In this document: in pieces, positions 37,001-52,100 of the stretch
Numbering within the stretch: the stretch's first letter is position 1
Layout: each line of letters starts with the position of its first letter
From: Marsupella aquatica
Lineage: Eukaryota; Plantae; Marchantiophyta
Direction of reading: 5' to 3'
Assembly (NCBI GenBank): GCA_973895155.1
Contig: OZ316891.1
Span: 19,617,048 to 19,681,047, forward strand
Length of the DNA: 64,000 nt
Notes under the pieces: generated by a model
What the model was told of the DNA's origin: nothing
The model's database searches: none
What the model saw: the letters and a program-made list of their open reading frames with translations, nothing else
Made by a program: the position numbers and the translations under genes

Positions 37001-38438
37001 GGCTTCACATGAAGGTGGGGGCACTTGTAAATTTGTCTTACCAAAGCAAAGTGGAGGGCCACTTCTTATTCTAAACCTCTATTCCATACCAAAGATTTGG
37101 CCCTTTACTTAGAACACTGACTCCATACTAAACTTCATTTGAATTGAACTTCAATAAACACAAATTGAAAGAAGGAGCCAAAGTATGGAGAGGTTGGGGG
37201 CACAAGTACAGATATCTGAACTTCCAGATAATGCAAGCATTTCACATTTACTTGGGCCCACTGCTTCCCATTGAAGATTGGTAAACACCAGGCCCATTGT
37301 TTGCCATGTAATATTGGTAGAGACCAGACATAAATGGGGCCCAGGTTCTTGTAAAACCGATTCCAGCAGTTTCCACTCATTACATGGTCTAGATTGATCT
37401 AATCTACAATGAAGGGAATGAAAAGAAGAAAATGTGGCCCCCATGTCTTGTTAAAGACACCCTTATTCTCAATAAACCGATGGACATGAGATTGCAACAG
37501 GTAATGCCAATGATAATATAGACCACAGCAGCTCATAATTTCCGTTTGGCAACTGCACCCAGCTTGGTGCAAGAGCAATTAAATTTTTGACTCTCAGTGG
37601 CAACGTGATCGCCATAGCCATCCACTTCGAGCAATGTCAACTTTCAGGAACGGGATACAAATACACTAGTAGTACATGGAGCAGATCTGATCAACGAACT
37701 ATGCCGTCAACGACCAGGGCAACTAGTATTAGCAAGGGCTTACCATCAGTTCTAGTCTACTTTCCTTGCTTCAATGTTACTGAGCGGACTATAAACCGTA
37801 GCTCAATTAATGGGGGAAAAAGCACTAAGCTCGAAAATCCTCCCCACGATTCCTCTGATGAAATCCCAGAAAAAATGCGGAAAATCAACGGGTGTCACAG
37901 CCAAAGCAGCTAAGCACACAAATGCCGGAACAAAATGTGCATCCAGACAGCCCCTCAAAGAACTCACCGGCTCCACCACTGACGTAACCCCTCACTAGAT
38001 TGCTACAGATAACGTATTGATCCTCTAATGGTTGTGTCAACAAATTCAACTGAAAGGCAAGCATCTCCCCTCTATGACAGTACGAAGGAGAGGCCTTCCA
38101 GATTTCTCAACCGAAACTCGTGCCACTTATCTTGAAGTTTGTGTGGGTAAACTCACCTCCGACAAATCTGGCTATAAGTCACCCAGTCATGAGCCGTCGC
38201 TTTAGCTGCTTGGAACTGGGTCCAGATTTCTGATGCACCTGACTCATGCTACTGATCTTGGAACTTGTGATGAGGAGGAGAATTCACCCACAAAATTCTC
38301 CAACGTGGCTCCGTGCTTCTCGGCCCTTCCAGAAATCTTACGCAGCTGGCTAGCTCATGCCACTGATCTTGGCATAAAATTTGGGTGGATTTGCTCAATC
38401 CCAACTCAGAACCTCTGGCTTACTCCGTTATCGCAGTC

Positions 38439-41400
38439 TTAACCCTTAGCCTTCGCCTTCGCTGTTGGGAGCTTGGAGAGCAGAGAAGCGACCTGGTCCC
38501 GACCGAAGAGAAAGTAAGGATGGCGCAGCGCCGCAGCAGCAGAGAGCCTACCTCGCCTAAACAACCCACGCTTACGAAGGAGCTTCCTGGCAAGATCCCA
38601 CGCCTTTCCACCATCCAAATCGAGCACCTCAAAAGTGGCCTTCATTTTCGTAGTCTTTCTCCACTTGTCCAAATTGTAATCCACAGCAGCCATCTCGGTT
38701 TTGAAGACCTGACATGCGGAGAGATTTCCCAGATTTTAGTTACTCTCTAGAACCAGGGAAATTGGTTTCGAAATGTTGATAACTCTCAAAGTTTATTTAC
38801 ACTTCAGATAAAAGAAATCAGTTTTCAGAAAGACGACAGAGGTTTCATGAAATTCTTCTAACAATTCGGAAGGAATGAATCAGTTTTGAAGGTGCTCTAG
38901 AATAAGAGCAGACGAGAGTTTATAAGGTAATGAATTTGCTTTTCTTGGGATCTGACAAGTGAAGAGATTTTTCAATTTTAATTACTACTTATTAAGACGA
39001 TTGAAAACATTGCCAACCTGAACCTGCGATGATGGCTAGTTCAAAGTTATAACATATTGAGATCTACATTTGTTGCAGTACTGGTTGAAGACACTGCAAT
39101 CAGTAAGTTCGTTACCTGCAGCCCGATCGGGGTGCGCAAACTCGCGCAGGCCAGCTGCATGAGGATCACGCCGACGGAGTAGGTGTCAAACAGATCCGGA
39201 CTATTCATGATCCATATCAAGGGCGAGAGAATGGCTGCAACAGGGGCAGCAGGGGGGAGGGGGGTCTCCTCCGGCATGACGAAGAGCTCCGGAGGGCAGT
39301 AGTCGGGGTCCAGCATTCCTCTGTCCGGGACGAAATTCTTCCCCGTTCGCAGATCGATGGCAGCACCGAAGTCGATGATCTTCAGTTTCCCCGATTGGGT
39401 GATGACGAGATTGGACGGCTTAATGTCTCTGTGGACAATCCCGATCGAGTGGACCTTCCTTACGGATGTGAGGAGCTGCCGCATGATCCGTTGGACGAGG
39501 ACGGATTGTCGGCGGACTGGGTCGGATTCGGTGGAGAGCCCCTTCGAACCGAAGATCGCCTCCTCGAGCTTCTCAGGGAAGTTTTGCTGTTTCATAAAGG
39601 TGGCGAGTGTCATGGTGCCTTCGTATTTCCAGACAAGCCACTTCCCGCCCTGCACGAATTGGCCTCGAGACATGTCGGAGATGAAGCTGCCCAGGTACTC
39701 TGCGCATGCGTCCGGGGCTGCTCTGCACACCCGGGAGTTGAACCACTCCTCCATCTCTGCACACTCCTCTGCTCCCTCCACTCTCAACTTCACCTGGACT
39801 CACAGAAACCATTCAAATGATTCATAAGCGAATGAATGGGTTCTTAAGATCAAATGATTCATAAGCGACCATGGTTGGGGATTTGACCTTTCACGCCCTT
39901 ACTTCAATCTGAGTGTTCCCAATCTCCAAATTGAATATTTCAGTGATTCACTTTGGGCATTTGAAATCCTTTCAATGCTTCACTCTCAAGTATTGCAATG
40001 GTTGACTTGAGGAACTCAATTCTGTTGATAGTAGATATTGTATTTCTGCATGAGCTAGGGATACAAGGTGCACCGTCTCTCTACCCGGCAGCACCATGTT
40101 GGACAGAGAGGGACAGAGAGGGACAGAGTGCGGACAAGCTTTACAGACAGAAACCTTCTGACAAAATGATTTCAACATGATCAGTATCTCACATCCCCAA
40201 AATTGAAATGTACCTACAACCAACTCGGTCTTTGCAGCACAATATGTTGCTCACCACTGTCGCTTCATATTTCCACTTTCCTGATTATAGCTCTAAGTTT
40301 CATTTAGATTACAAGATTGACTCAAGAACTTCAGTTGGTTTCCTCACAGAATAAGAAGACGTGAATTACCTTCCTCTAATTCCAGGACAAGAGCCTTCAC
40401 CTGCTACAGTGACGTAATCTAATTAACTCTTTGAATAAAATGGAAAGTCCCAGCTCAGAGAGGATGTGTACCCAGCCTAAACAGTGTTTTGAAGCCTCAT
40501 CGTCTCCACTTGGGACCAACGCCAGTGTTGGGAGGTTCATTGACAAAACTGGGAGAGTGGGCAAGTCTCTCAAAAATTGTAACGCTCACACGATTGAGTA
40601 TGTTTCAGGTGGAGCACAATCGCTTCAGATTCACAACGGGCGCATCGTCCTTGGACAGGCTCGAGTAAACTATCTGATAGCAAACAAGCTCTATTAATGA
40701 TGCGAATGGTCTCACTGGGTATCAACTCACATCTGAGATAACAAATCATCTCTTCCCGTCCAGACAACGTCTTCCATGACAGCCTTTCGCACAACACCAG
40801 GATTTTTTCACACAAGCAGGATCAAACTCCTGGTCAACGTCTGTAACTAGTAACCGAATGTCCTTCAAAATGACTGTCTGAAACTTCTTCATTTCACTTC
40901 ACAAGGAATCTTGTGAATTGTCAGATTAAGCTCGCAATCTTCTCAACGGGATGTCGCCCAGGCACAATTTCGCCCAAGACAAAGTCAATGTGGGACTGGT
41001 CTGGACCCTAATCAAAACCGAGCCAGATGAGTTTCTAGTTATTTTAAACCCCTTCAAGCACTACTGTAGATTTAACTGTCGCCGAATCAAGAAAAGCGGC
41101 AACCTCTCGTTTTGAATAATACAACAAATTTGAATGTTTCCAGGTCGTTTATTAACGACGTCAACTATTCATTGTGTTGACGACCTAACCCCAGCCCACC
41201 CCCTCCACTCCGTGCCTCTACCGTAATGTCTGTCACTCAGAAATTCCAACGACGGCTTTCCTATTTGGCAATAATTATGATATTGTGTATCTGAGAATGA
41301 GTCCTCTGTGCAGAGAAGCAATTATCACTCAAACAGGCCCAGCAGAAAGGACAGCAAATAGAGGTGCTACTCGAGAGTAGGAGACAGGGAAATTTGCGAG

Positions 41401-42186
41401 GTCAAGGAATAATCTGAAACTAAACGAGAAGAAAGCAAATCATATGTGGATTCGATAAGGTCGTTCAGGCGAGTGTATTACCTTCTTCAGAACAACCTTC
41501 TCAAATTTTCCATTTCCGGTCAGCTCTTCCATTCGCTGCATCTTCTTCCCCGTGTCCCCAGCACTGGCCTTCAGAGCTTTGGACAGCAGTGCACCAGTGT
41601 ACACAGTACCAAAGGACCCTTCACCTATCCACTCCCCCACAATGAAATCGGTGGCATTCAAGCTCTTCCTTCCACGGACTGAATCAAGCACCGATTGGAA
41701 AGGAGCAACTATGTAGCTATCAAACGCCCCCGGCAGAATTCCAGGGGAAGCAGTTATGTACAACCATGCCGCTCCTGCTGCCCCGAGCAATTCAGTCCTC
41801 TGAAGCCCCGTGGTGGCACCAATGGCAGGAGCGATTGTGGACCCAATTTGTGAGAGCGTGCCTGTTCCCTCTGCCGCACTCAAGTCTTGCACAACCTGCT
41901 GAAGGAGGTCTTCACTCCCCTGCCAGAAGGAATTCATCACCAGATTGTCCCCAGGCCTCCTGGTAGACCATGGGGTTGCTGCACTACCAGCATTGCTACC
42001 AAAATGGTGGTGCTGCAGGCCCAAAGTTCTCCGACTACCCAAAACTCCAGAGCCAAGCTTGAGCAGCAATTTTCGTACCTGAACACTCCCTCGTGACTCG
42101 TTGCCGTTGAAATTCACATTGTGGGATCGTCCTGTCACAGATGTGCTACAACAAGGGAGGACAACTAGCACCGTCGATGGGGCCAT
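38439..42186 (-). CDS. STN8: Thylakoid Ser/Thr kinase STN8, 3 exons (42186-41482, 39793-39116, 38708-38439), about 550 aa with a transit-peptide-like N-terminus
   Basis: Motifs WLYITASPGILPGAFDSYI, IGEGSFGTVY, VVLKK|VKLRVEGAEECAEMEEWFNSR..RAAPDACAEYLGSF, GGKWLVWKYEG, HRDIKPSN, IIDFGAAIDLRTGKNFVP, LDPDYCPPE, NSPDLFD and GRLSAAAALRHPYF match STN8 rather than STN7. Both introns are GT-AG, phase 0, and the exons join in frame. Confidence 0.93.
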
Positions 42187-45100
42187 AGCCACCCCCGGCT
42201 TTTTCAGAGCAATTCTTCTTCTCCCGGAGGAAGTGACATCGCCAACAAAACAGATCACACGGACTAACCCAACTTCAAGGAAATGCTCTGTACATTCATC
42301 GTGGGCGAAGATTCATGAAGATTCTTGAAACATTTACTGGTCTACATGCAAAACATTTCTCCATCAGACACCTCTCCAGCTGCAACTCGCCACCCAGAAA
42401 CAGCCTCAAGCTCCGCTGCATTCAGAATCCACAACTGGCAACACCGACATCTTCAATTCCTCTTCCATCATGAAACACAATTCCTCGTTTGGGATCCATG
42501 AACGCACAGTTTCTCCACACGGCCACCGGTGAATTGAGAGCTAACCTTCAGCAGGTGACCACCCAACAACTCCAAAGGCGACAAACACGTCTCTTCCTCC
42601 CTCACCAACGAACACACTATCCAAACAACGAGCCAGCTCGTCGATGCTGTTGGTGGAATGCTGCTTGCACGCTGAAAAGTCAGGCAGGCATGTGGGTGAC
42701 ATGCACAAGACAGCCATAAGCTGTGTGTGTACACGAGACACTTCGCAATGCATCCATTCGTTTCTCATCAGCAGCCGACCCTCTCTCACAAGCTCCTCTC
42801 CTCGTGTTCTCCCTTCGCCAGCAGCACTAGCATCACATGGTAGAATCCGACCCAGAGCGAGAGGGGATCAAGCGTTTCCTCTCCTCTCCTTTCTGCGGAA
42901 AATTATCCACCAGGAGTTTTTCTCTCTTCTCCTTTCTCCACCCAACAACCTTCTAGCTAAACCTTATCCCCCTCCTTTCCTTGCCTTGCGTTTTTTTTCC
43001 CCCTTTCTAACTTGGAAAACAGTGCTCTACCACACTAGTCTTCAGTTCGCCCATAAAATAATTAATGAACAAATAATGTCGCCCAGGGCATAAATGAGGA
43101 GTTTCAAAAACTTCAGCTCTGGAATACATGCGGGTCATGTAGAGAGATTGAGAAAAACATTACATTTTAGACATGTCAGTGGGAAAACTGTTCTATGGGG
43201 TGAAACACTCTGAAACACCTGGGGTCCTCATATCTTTTCTTTCAACCCATTGGGCGCGAAGAAGTTAGGGGGTTTTTTATTCTATTGGGCGGAAGACTTT
43301 AGAACTTTTGTTGAAGAAAAAGGAAGATGTTAAAATAAAAGTTTTAGAATTATAAGAACTTAAAGGGGTTTTTAATAACAAATTTGGTAATATTTTGGAA
43401 TATTCTATAAAGTTAGGGGTTAAAAATTACTAAAAATTACTTTATTTTCTTAAGTTTTAGGGTGTTTATTATTTGAAAACTTTGTTTGTTATATAAGACT
43501 TATCTTGGAGTGAGGCCCCCGAGCTAACACAATTGAAATATGCCACCATCACATGTTTTGAGTAGGAGAAATTCTGCAGTATGGCTGCTGGGAAGTGAAT
43601 TTGATCAATTTTGGGCAATTGAAAGGCTGAAAGACTAGGTTACAACTCCAATTGGATGTTTCAAAGCAAAAAAACTAGGTTACAACTACTGTAATCATGT
43701 GGCAGAGCATTGCTTGGCAGGACTTCAACTTCAGTCTGACTATGTATTCAAGATTGAAAGCTAGGTTTCAGGGCAAACTGTCTAGAGTGAAGCCTTTGAC
43801 TCTAACTCTAGGGCCATAACTGAAATTGAGGGTGCGAGTGAATAATAGAGATTCGGGTCAAGGTGAGTCTCTGAAGGGCTTGAATGTACTCAACTCAATT
43901 CATGTTCAACGAACAAGCAGTCAGGCTACTCAACCATGTGATTACATTTCCGAGCATATTATGGCTGTTGTCTCAAGGAGAATTGCTGTGGCGACATATT
44001 TACCAGTGCAGTAATTTCTTCCTGGGCCTGCCTTTAGAATATTCATGACTGGTGCTACAAGCTCATCTACAGGATTTATTGTGCCAGAAATTACCTTTGG
44101 GGCCTTGATGGTGGCACTAGGGTGAGGCCATATCTATTACATATAGTAACTTACTCCCTGTTCCAGGCATTCCCACCTGTTTGGGAAATAGGGCCATCTG
44201 CTGTGAAAACGGTGTTGTCAGCCTGCCTTCCAAAAAAATGAAGCCAACCTCTCCTTGCTATCACCAACATCAAGTTGATATCTAATCTTTCATGTGGACC
44301 ACACCTTTCAACAACAACTATGCAATGCATGGGAATTGGGCTTCCTCAATAAGAATAATCAGCATATAAAACCTTTTTGAGTCACCCAAGGCTATGGTTT
44401 ATAATAGACAAATGGGAGTAATATGGCACATTTGCGGGAGCCACGCACTTTCATTCCACAACCCTGCATGTGGCATTCCGGTCATGCAAAATGTCCGCAG
44501 AACAGGAGGTTAGATGCCCTATTGCAGACACAAAAGACTTTCCATGGGTAATAAATTCAAGCTTTCAAGGCCAAGATGAGTTCCATTCCAGGACATCCAA
44601 ACTGCTCAGTCAATTCATTTACAAATGATTTTTTCCTAGGGATGTACTATCAACAAACAAGGATAGCTTTTCACCTGGCTTTGCCAAAGCTGGGACTAAC
44701 ATTTGTATTGCAGGCACAAAAGGGATTCCCTGGGTAAAAATGGACCCTCTAATTTTGATTTTGCTATATGGCAAACCCACCTTTCAGTACTTTGTTTATT
44801 CAAACTTTCTGCCTTAACAAGGTGCATCATTTGTATCATTTAGATATTGAATTTATTTTGGCACCGGTTCTTAATGGTTTTAATCTTTGCTATCAGCTCT
44901 TCTTTCCCACTGATTTTAGATTTCAATAGTGTCCATCCAATCCCTTCAGCAGATTTCAAGGAATTTTCACCACTTGAGAGAGAGTCTACCTCCTCTCATG
45001 AGAGAGGGACAGAAATCATTCTAAACAATGTGGATACCTCGTGTTTTGCTCTCAAGTTTATGGTTTTGATTCATTTGAGTGTCTTATATGCACAACACGT

Positions 45101-45279
45101 CAGTACCTTTTTACCATAGACTTGTACTTTTCCTGGTCATTATGTGAAATATATCTTCTTTGCATGTGTTGTATTCTACTCATGTTTTCCTACTCAATAT
45201 TAGCAAATACTATGCAATAGCCAAAATCAAATTAGATCACCTATGCACACTGTACCACAAAATGTGAACAGGTTCTGCA

Positions 45280-45890
45280 ATGAGCATGCTGTATCCTTGG
45301 GTAACAATGCACCTTCTAATCAAGAATAAATTTTTTAAGCTGCTATATGGTGAATGCACATTTCAGATTTTGTCTTATTCAGATTTTTGTGTCATGTATT
45401 TTCATTTCAATCTGCCTTATCAAAGGGTAACCTTTGTATTCTATACATATTTAATTAATTTTTAGACCCCTTTAGTTTTAGGTATACTAGAGTGTTTTGA
45501 ACTTATTTTGGCAGCCCCCTTTCACAGTATGTGTTTTCTTAGAGATGAAACCAAAGGCTCCACCACCACGAGTGAGAGAAATTATGTTGAAGAACATGAA
45601 TGCATAGCCTCTTAAGTTCTCCTCATGTTTTTCTTTCCTAGATTTATGGTTTTTATTGAAAGGAGTGTCATTCATAAGGCACCTTGAGTTAAGTGCACAC
45701 ATCGTAGCATCGTTGGACTGTACCTTTTCTTGGTCACTGTGCTTTTCTTGGCATACAGTTTACTTATATAATAGCATTTCTATGCTCTCATATTTTATTT
45801 ACTTTCAGATCACTACAAGACAAAAAAATAAAGCATGTTCCGGGATGAGCATGCTATATCCTTGGGTAACAATGCACCTTCTAATCAAGA
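45280..45890. repeat. About 45-bp dispersed direct repeat
   Basis: ATGAGCATGCT(G/A)TATCCTTGGGTAACAATGCACCTTCTAATCAAGA at 45280 and 45845. Confidence 0.85.
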
Positions 45891-46234
45891 TAATATTCAC
45901 TATTATCAGTTTTTTAAGCGTCTGTCCTGTTCAGATAGTATTGACCTTGTCTGTCCTATTCAGATAGTACCGACCTTTTTAGGAATCGCACATTTTCTAG
46001 AGTTAATTGTTTCTGAAAACTTGTTCTACAACTGTGATGTGATGTGATGACTATTACTAGGAGGCAGGTGAGTAACTACACAAGACACAAGATCTCTGTT
46101 CACTGACTTGCTGTCTTGGGGGTGCATGGGCAGTGGTGAGGTTTCCATTTGGGAGATTCGTTTGGGGGGTCTTGTTTGTTCTTTCTGTTGGCGGCTGGCT
46201 TTCACTGAGGTAGCCAGTTGAATAGCTGGGTGTT

Positions 46235-46508
46235 GGTCACCTTCAGGAAATTAAAAATAAATCTGGAAGTAGGGCTATGAGCATTCTGTTGCCAATGAAT
46301 ACATAGATTCCTCTCGCAAATTTTGCCATGTAAATGTTAGACAAACTAAGAATGAAAAAACCAGGAAACACGGTCACCTTCAGGAAATTAAAAATAAATC
46401 TGGAAGTAGGGCTATGAGCATTCTGTTGCCAATGAATACATAGATTCCTCTCGCAAATTTTGCCATGTAAATGTTAGACAAACTACGAATGAAAAAGCCA
46501 GGAAACAC
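46235..46508. repeat. 137-bp near-perfect tandem duplication
   Basis: GGTCACCTTCAGGAAATTAAAAATAAATCTGG...CCAGGAAACAC starts at 46235 and again at 46372. Confidence 0.92.
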
Positions 46509-49174
46509 TTTGGTAACAAGCAGGAAAGTGACAAGCAAATGCTGCAAAGTGCACCACTGTCGGAGGAGTCGCAGATATAGCCTGTGCATGATGGGTTTGT
46601 ATTCCCGAATGTTTCCGCTTGATCTTGATTGAGGGCTGATCCCATTGTGAGCCAAAGTTTGAAGTCCTTCGGATCACAATTCCAATTATAACTGGAAGCA
46701 AAAAAAGCTTCAATTAAAGGCGACTAGTGTAATTCTACTTCCCAGACTATCCACAATGTCCACACCAAAGGCAAAAGAACAGATTCAGCTTCACCCTTAT
46801 ATGAGGACAAAAACTTTGCGTCATACCTCTCATTTAAGCCTACTTCCCAGAATTTTTTTCCTCATCTAATCTAACCATATATAATAAAAATAAAAATAAT
46901 ATAAATCTAGTGAACTAAGGTTACTGAGTATGCACCATGGCTACCTTCACCTTCGTAACCTAATTAGAACTCGGACGACGATTAGGGAGTTGTTCAATTA
47001 TCCTTTCAGAGCTGTTATATGCCCTTTCACCACATACGTTTCATGGATTTCTATGATTGGTGAGTCTAATGGACAGAACATTTATCCTCGCGTTCATCCG
47101 TGCATGAGAGTGTTAATCAGGATGAACGCGAGGTACGTGAGCTAGGTGTACAGATATGGAAGCTCGTGGGTAATCCACTAATGTAAGCTCCTCGATTCCT
47201 GTCAGGTTGGAGGTATTGTCAAGAGCAAATTCCAAAGGCACGAATTGGGCTCCTTGCGGATAAAGGCAATGTCAGAGACTTCATTGTCAACTTGTGGTTG
47301 ACAAATCTAGGCTCAGAGGACAAGTACATATTTAGAGGCAGCAGGCAACAAATTGGGATGAAGTCTGTTGCAAGAATAGACATCGAGCATGAGCAAGATT
47401 TGTTGTTCCGTAAGATATCAGGGAATTGACAGCATCTACATCTTCGCCCAAATTGACACGGATAGCTTGCTTAGTCCGAACAGGCGATTGTTACGCAGAA
47501 GGCCGATTATTTACATCCAATCAAATGTTAAATCTAAGCGATTGGATTCTCAATCACGATAGGCCCATGAAGTTTGTATGGAATACACATTTGTGTATCT
47601 CAACAAAGATTGCTCGCATCCCAAACAAAATCCCACGACAACACAAAAGCTGACATCTCGCAAATATAAATGGAACCAATTCTTCCATGTGCCAAGTTCT
47701 GAAAATCTGCTCAACTTCAGGGGGGTTTGAGCCGCAACAATGCAAAGTAGTCGACGCGTTACCAAACCTTAACCAAGTATCCTGGGGACAATTGCGTTCA
47801 TCTCATGGTTACAGAAATGCAAACAAAAGTGGCCCACCAAACCAACTCAATGAACAGTTGAATGACACAAATCTTCATTGTTTGAACATTTAAATTCTTG
47901 CCCCTTCAACTTGGAACTAGAGCATCACAAATTGTTCAACTATAAGTGTCATACATCATTATCATGCCGCACACAACTGAAAGTTGTGGCAGTAGACGGG
48001 ATGCTAGCGGTCACCAAAAACCGATTATATTAGAACATTGACAGGCCCAGTGCTTTTATCTAACAACTGAAGAAGATAAGCTGCAAATTTGTCAGTTGCA
48101 ATTAAAGGCTTACGAAACAAGTTCGAACGTCAGAGCAAACAAGCAGGGACAGTGCCTATGACTCTACAGCAAACGAAACGGTTATGGAAACCAATCTCTA
48201 GTCTATCATCAATAGACCTCATCAAGAGGGCTTACCTCATCTGTGAGGAATTATGAGGTTCAGCTGCCACCAAAAGAATTTCTTCAACGTGATGCCATCT
48301 GGCTCCATCCGTGGTTAGCATATCACCCCTTGAACCTCTGTTCACTGGTACTCCAAACTAGGACTTCCAGGCTTAATAATAACCCAACCCAATCATACTG
48401 AACGACAGACTCCTTTATTCACTCTACTTCAACAGGTAAGATGAGCTTGAGCACATACCACTCTCTTTTCTGACTGTTAGCAATTGCACATGCTGCTAGA
48501 ATGATGCATAAAGTCCTCACAGAACCTAGCCTCCTCATCAAGATGGTTTTCAGACAACACAAGCAGTGCCGACAGCTTCAAGACCATTCACACAAAGCAT
48601 TGTAAGTAAAACATAACAAGCATATCAGTCAAACATGGCATACCTGTACAGCAGAATAAAACATTCAGGGAGGTATCTTATCTTTGGAGTACGAATCCCA
48701 ACATTTGCTATCCCCAGAGAAGAAATCATGTACTTTTAAGGAAGCTGACACAAATACAGAAGACCTCGAATGAAAATTTCGCTTCACTAAAATCTGGTTA
48801 GTTATCAACAATGCACTTTGATCTTCCAGCAGAAGGATGCAATCTGAACCGCTTCAAGCCAAGATGACTCACAGGGTAGAAAAAGACCTTGCAAAATGAC
48901 CATAAATTGCTCTACAAGAAATGGCAGATATTCTGAATCTTTTGGTGGGTGGAGGCGTGAGCTGAAGCGTTGCGCAGGCTAATTGCACAAGGGACAAGTC
49001 TGATGGAAAACTACAGATCTGAAGGCCGATGCTCCACCCGTCAATCTAGCTAAGAAAAGTTCTTTATAACCTTTGATGCTAATGCTGATCCACCATGACG
49101 TGGAAACCAAAAGAAATGAGTGTGGGAGGCTCAAGAACAAACAAACAGAAAGAAGATTTGGGGGACAGGAGGGC

Positions 49175-52100
49175 CTATCGGATTTCGCCATCCTCTCCAA
49201 GTTCTCCATCCTCCAACTCCTCTGCACCATTTCTCCTTCCATCACGATCCCGCCTATGTCGTTTATGTTTGGCCTCACTATCTGAGCCTGACTCATGGCC
49301 ATGCTGCTCATAAATACAATCCGTCCAGAAAAACAGACAAAACAAGGAAATATGTTACAGCAATTTTACTGACACGGTGAATTTTTTGTGTGCTTCGAAT
49401 CTTTAAATATGGGAACTGCTTTGGATACAACGGCCTCCAGATCAGCAAGGCCAAAGAGAGTTCAATGGTAATGCCTGGCACTGGAAGGAGATACACAAAC
49501 TCAGTCTCTACAACGAGGCTACATCTATGAAGAAAGTGCTATTTTCCAGCCTTGAGCAAGAACCGAGATCAGGAAGTACTTCAGTGCCCTTACATGTCAG
49601 TTGCTCTCAAGTCATACCTTCCTAGATGGCTTCTTGTAGTCATTCCCATGCCTGCGGGATCTTTTGGATTCCTCCCTTTCTTCCTTGTCTGACACCACAT
49701 CCTCACTGCTACTTCTGTGGCGTTTTCTGTGTTTCTTATCCTTTTCCCTATCACGATCCCTGTCCTTCTCCCTTTCCTTGTCTTTCTTCTTTTCCTCCTT
49801 TTGGACGTGATTTGTGGGTGCCTCACTGATATCATTGAGCACCTCCTTCTCGCGCTTGAGCTTCTCTTTTTCTTTCTCTTTCTCCTTTTCCTTCTCTTTC
49901 TCCTTATCTCTCTCCTTTTCCTTTTCCTTCTCTTTCCGCCTCTCTCGCTCCTTCTCCTTCTCCTTCTCCTTCTCTTTCTCCTTCTTGGCCTGATTGTTGA
50001 GAAAAACCACACCAAGATTTCTCAGTAAAACAAAGAAAAGGAGATATTCCAGGACAGCCTTCTTCGTAACTCCCCTACTCAGAATGCAACACCAGGATCA
50101 GCGGAAAAATTGGATAATGAACAAAAGCGAAAACTTTCTGGCAGACCTTACATGAGAAAATTCAATGTAACAAGATAAGGATCAAACGAAGTCGGACAAA
50201 GTAGTTCGGCAAGCAAAATAGGAAAAATACATTATCAACTGGCAGGGTAGTAGAGAAGACAAAATACGACTAAGAAACGGTCAGAAAATCCTACTTCAGG
50301 GCCCACCTTCTCCTCCTTCTCCCGCTTGCGCTCTTTTTCTTTTACTTTTTGTTGAAGATGAATAATGTAATCCTCAAATACTTTCTTTCGGAAAGATTCC
50401 TCGGTAATTGCTCTGCAACAACCGAAAGAACCCACCTCAATGATTTGACAAACAACGAAGTGCATTTCTCGCTGAAAACAGAAATTTGGGAGAAGAAAAT
50501 GCCTTTCATACCTGTACTCAGAAGCATCCTCAACGAGCGCCCGAGACTCTTCCCACTTCGAAGATGCACTTATAGACTGGACAAGCACAACATTCAACTC
50601 AACATAAGATTTACACATCTCTAGTCTTGACTGCGTCACTAATTCACTAAAGGGAACCCCAACTTTGAGAACTATGCCGAAGACCTTGGGTTCAGGTGGC
50701 TCTAACAGGATAAATTGTCTCTTCGAAGTCCTTCCTGCTTCCTCCCAATCACCATCACCATTAATAATAATAGGCATGACAGTATATCCAAAAGGGATAA
50801 GTTACCTTCAGGGATCTCAGCAGGTCTGTAAAATCATCTGCCAGCCTACGCCTTTTCTTAGCTTCCTTTTCATCCTTCTCCTTTGCTCTCTCCAACAAAT
50901 CCTCAAATACGAGCTGCGAAACACAAATACCACCACATGCAAAACAAGAATGGAGAAATTAGACCGCTTACTCACAACTTTGTCGACACTATAACGAGCC
51001 ATCTCTAGGTACAAACTGTGGGAGTATTTCATAGAAACCAAGGGTTACCTGAGACGACCATAAACAAGACAGTAGAGAAAAGAGCGATACTCACAAAGGG
51101 CACTGTATTCCAACATCAACACACCAGATAAAAGTGGGTCTAGCATACTAATTTCAGAATTACAGCCAAATGGGGGAAGATAAAAACAATAATTCTTGCT
51201 TCCTTAAATCACGGCAACAGACCGTCTATGCCTTATAGACTTAAGATGTGCGATAGTAAATAGCTAATTTCAAATATCTCGATGGTCATGTTGCACAAGC
51301 ACCAAGAGGTCCAAGAGTAAATTGCTCAAACAGGACGGTTAACAAAAGTCTACTCCTGAGGAGTACCGAATCTTACCATAATGAACCACGTGGACCTACC
51401 ATATATACCTTCTGCAGTCCCATTCAAGGGAACGTCAAGCAGCCGTGGTCCATCCCTGGGCAGTGCTCCAGAGACAACTGACATCCTCAAGTATGGTACA
51501 ACATTCCGTGTATCGTACTCAGTCAGCAACTAGCACACAGCCACAGTTAGAATTGTCACTAACCTTAAGGTTTGGTTCAGCTATCGCCGCCAAGTCACCT
51601 GCTTCAGCAATTGCAGCCTTGAACTTGTCGAAGGTCCACGTTGAAGTCACCACAATCTGAAAAAATAAGCAACAACGTTCAGCAAGAGATGATACAAGAC
51701 GAGATAGAGATAATCGAGATGTACAAAGAATTTAAGAAAGGGGCAGTCAATGAATTCCTAGGCTTTTCCTGCTAAGGGTCTAAAGAGAATTTACCTTCCC
51801 AGCCTTCATTGCATCCTTTGCCTTCACCTTGTCCTCATGGTACTGTCCACAAAAACGTAAGGTTAGATCCTCACAGAGGAGGAGTACGTCTGGACCACAA
51901 CCAGTTCATACTAATTCGTCGCGTACATAAGAGAAACAGAGAGATCAATATGAATATCCTAACATCAACGACAATGCACCGAAAACTTTGATATGTAATA
52001 TTTGATTGACCATCATTCACACCTTCACGAACTGACCTTTAAAACAACGTGAACAACTAGAACACCACCGTACAACTCAATTCTGTGTTATGATAACACA

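Noticed and set aside
39357-39827. Plus-strand ORFs overlapping STN8 exon 2, and similar antisense ORFs over PRP40, DREB2 and the RT
   Set aside because: These are shadow ORFs of GC-rich coding sequence.
41440-42258. STN8 start at 42258 and read-through to 41440, as in the ORF track
   Set aside because: 42258 is a GTG. The first in-frame ATG is 42186, and the exon ends at the GT donor at 41481.
49590-50028. Arg-rich and Leu/Phe-rich ORFs as separate genes
   Set aside because: They are alternative frames and the antisense of the KE-rich PRP40 exon.
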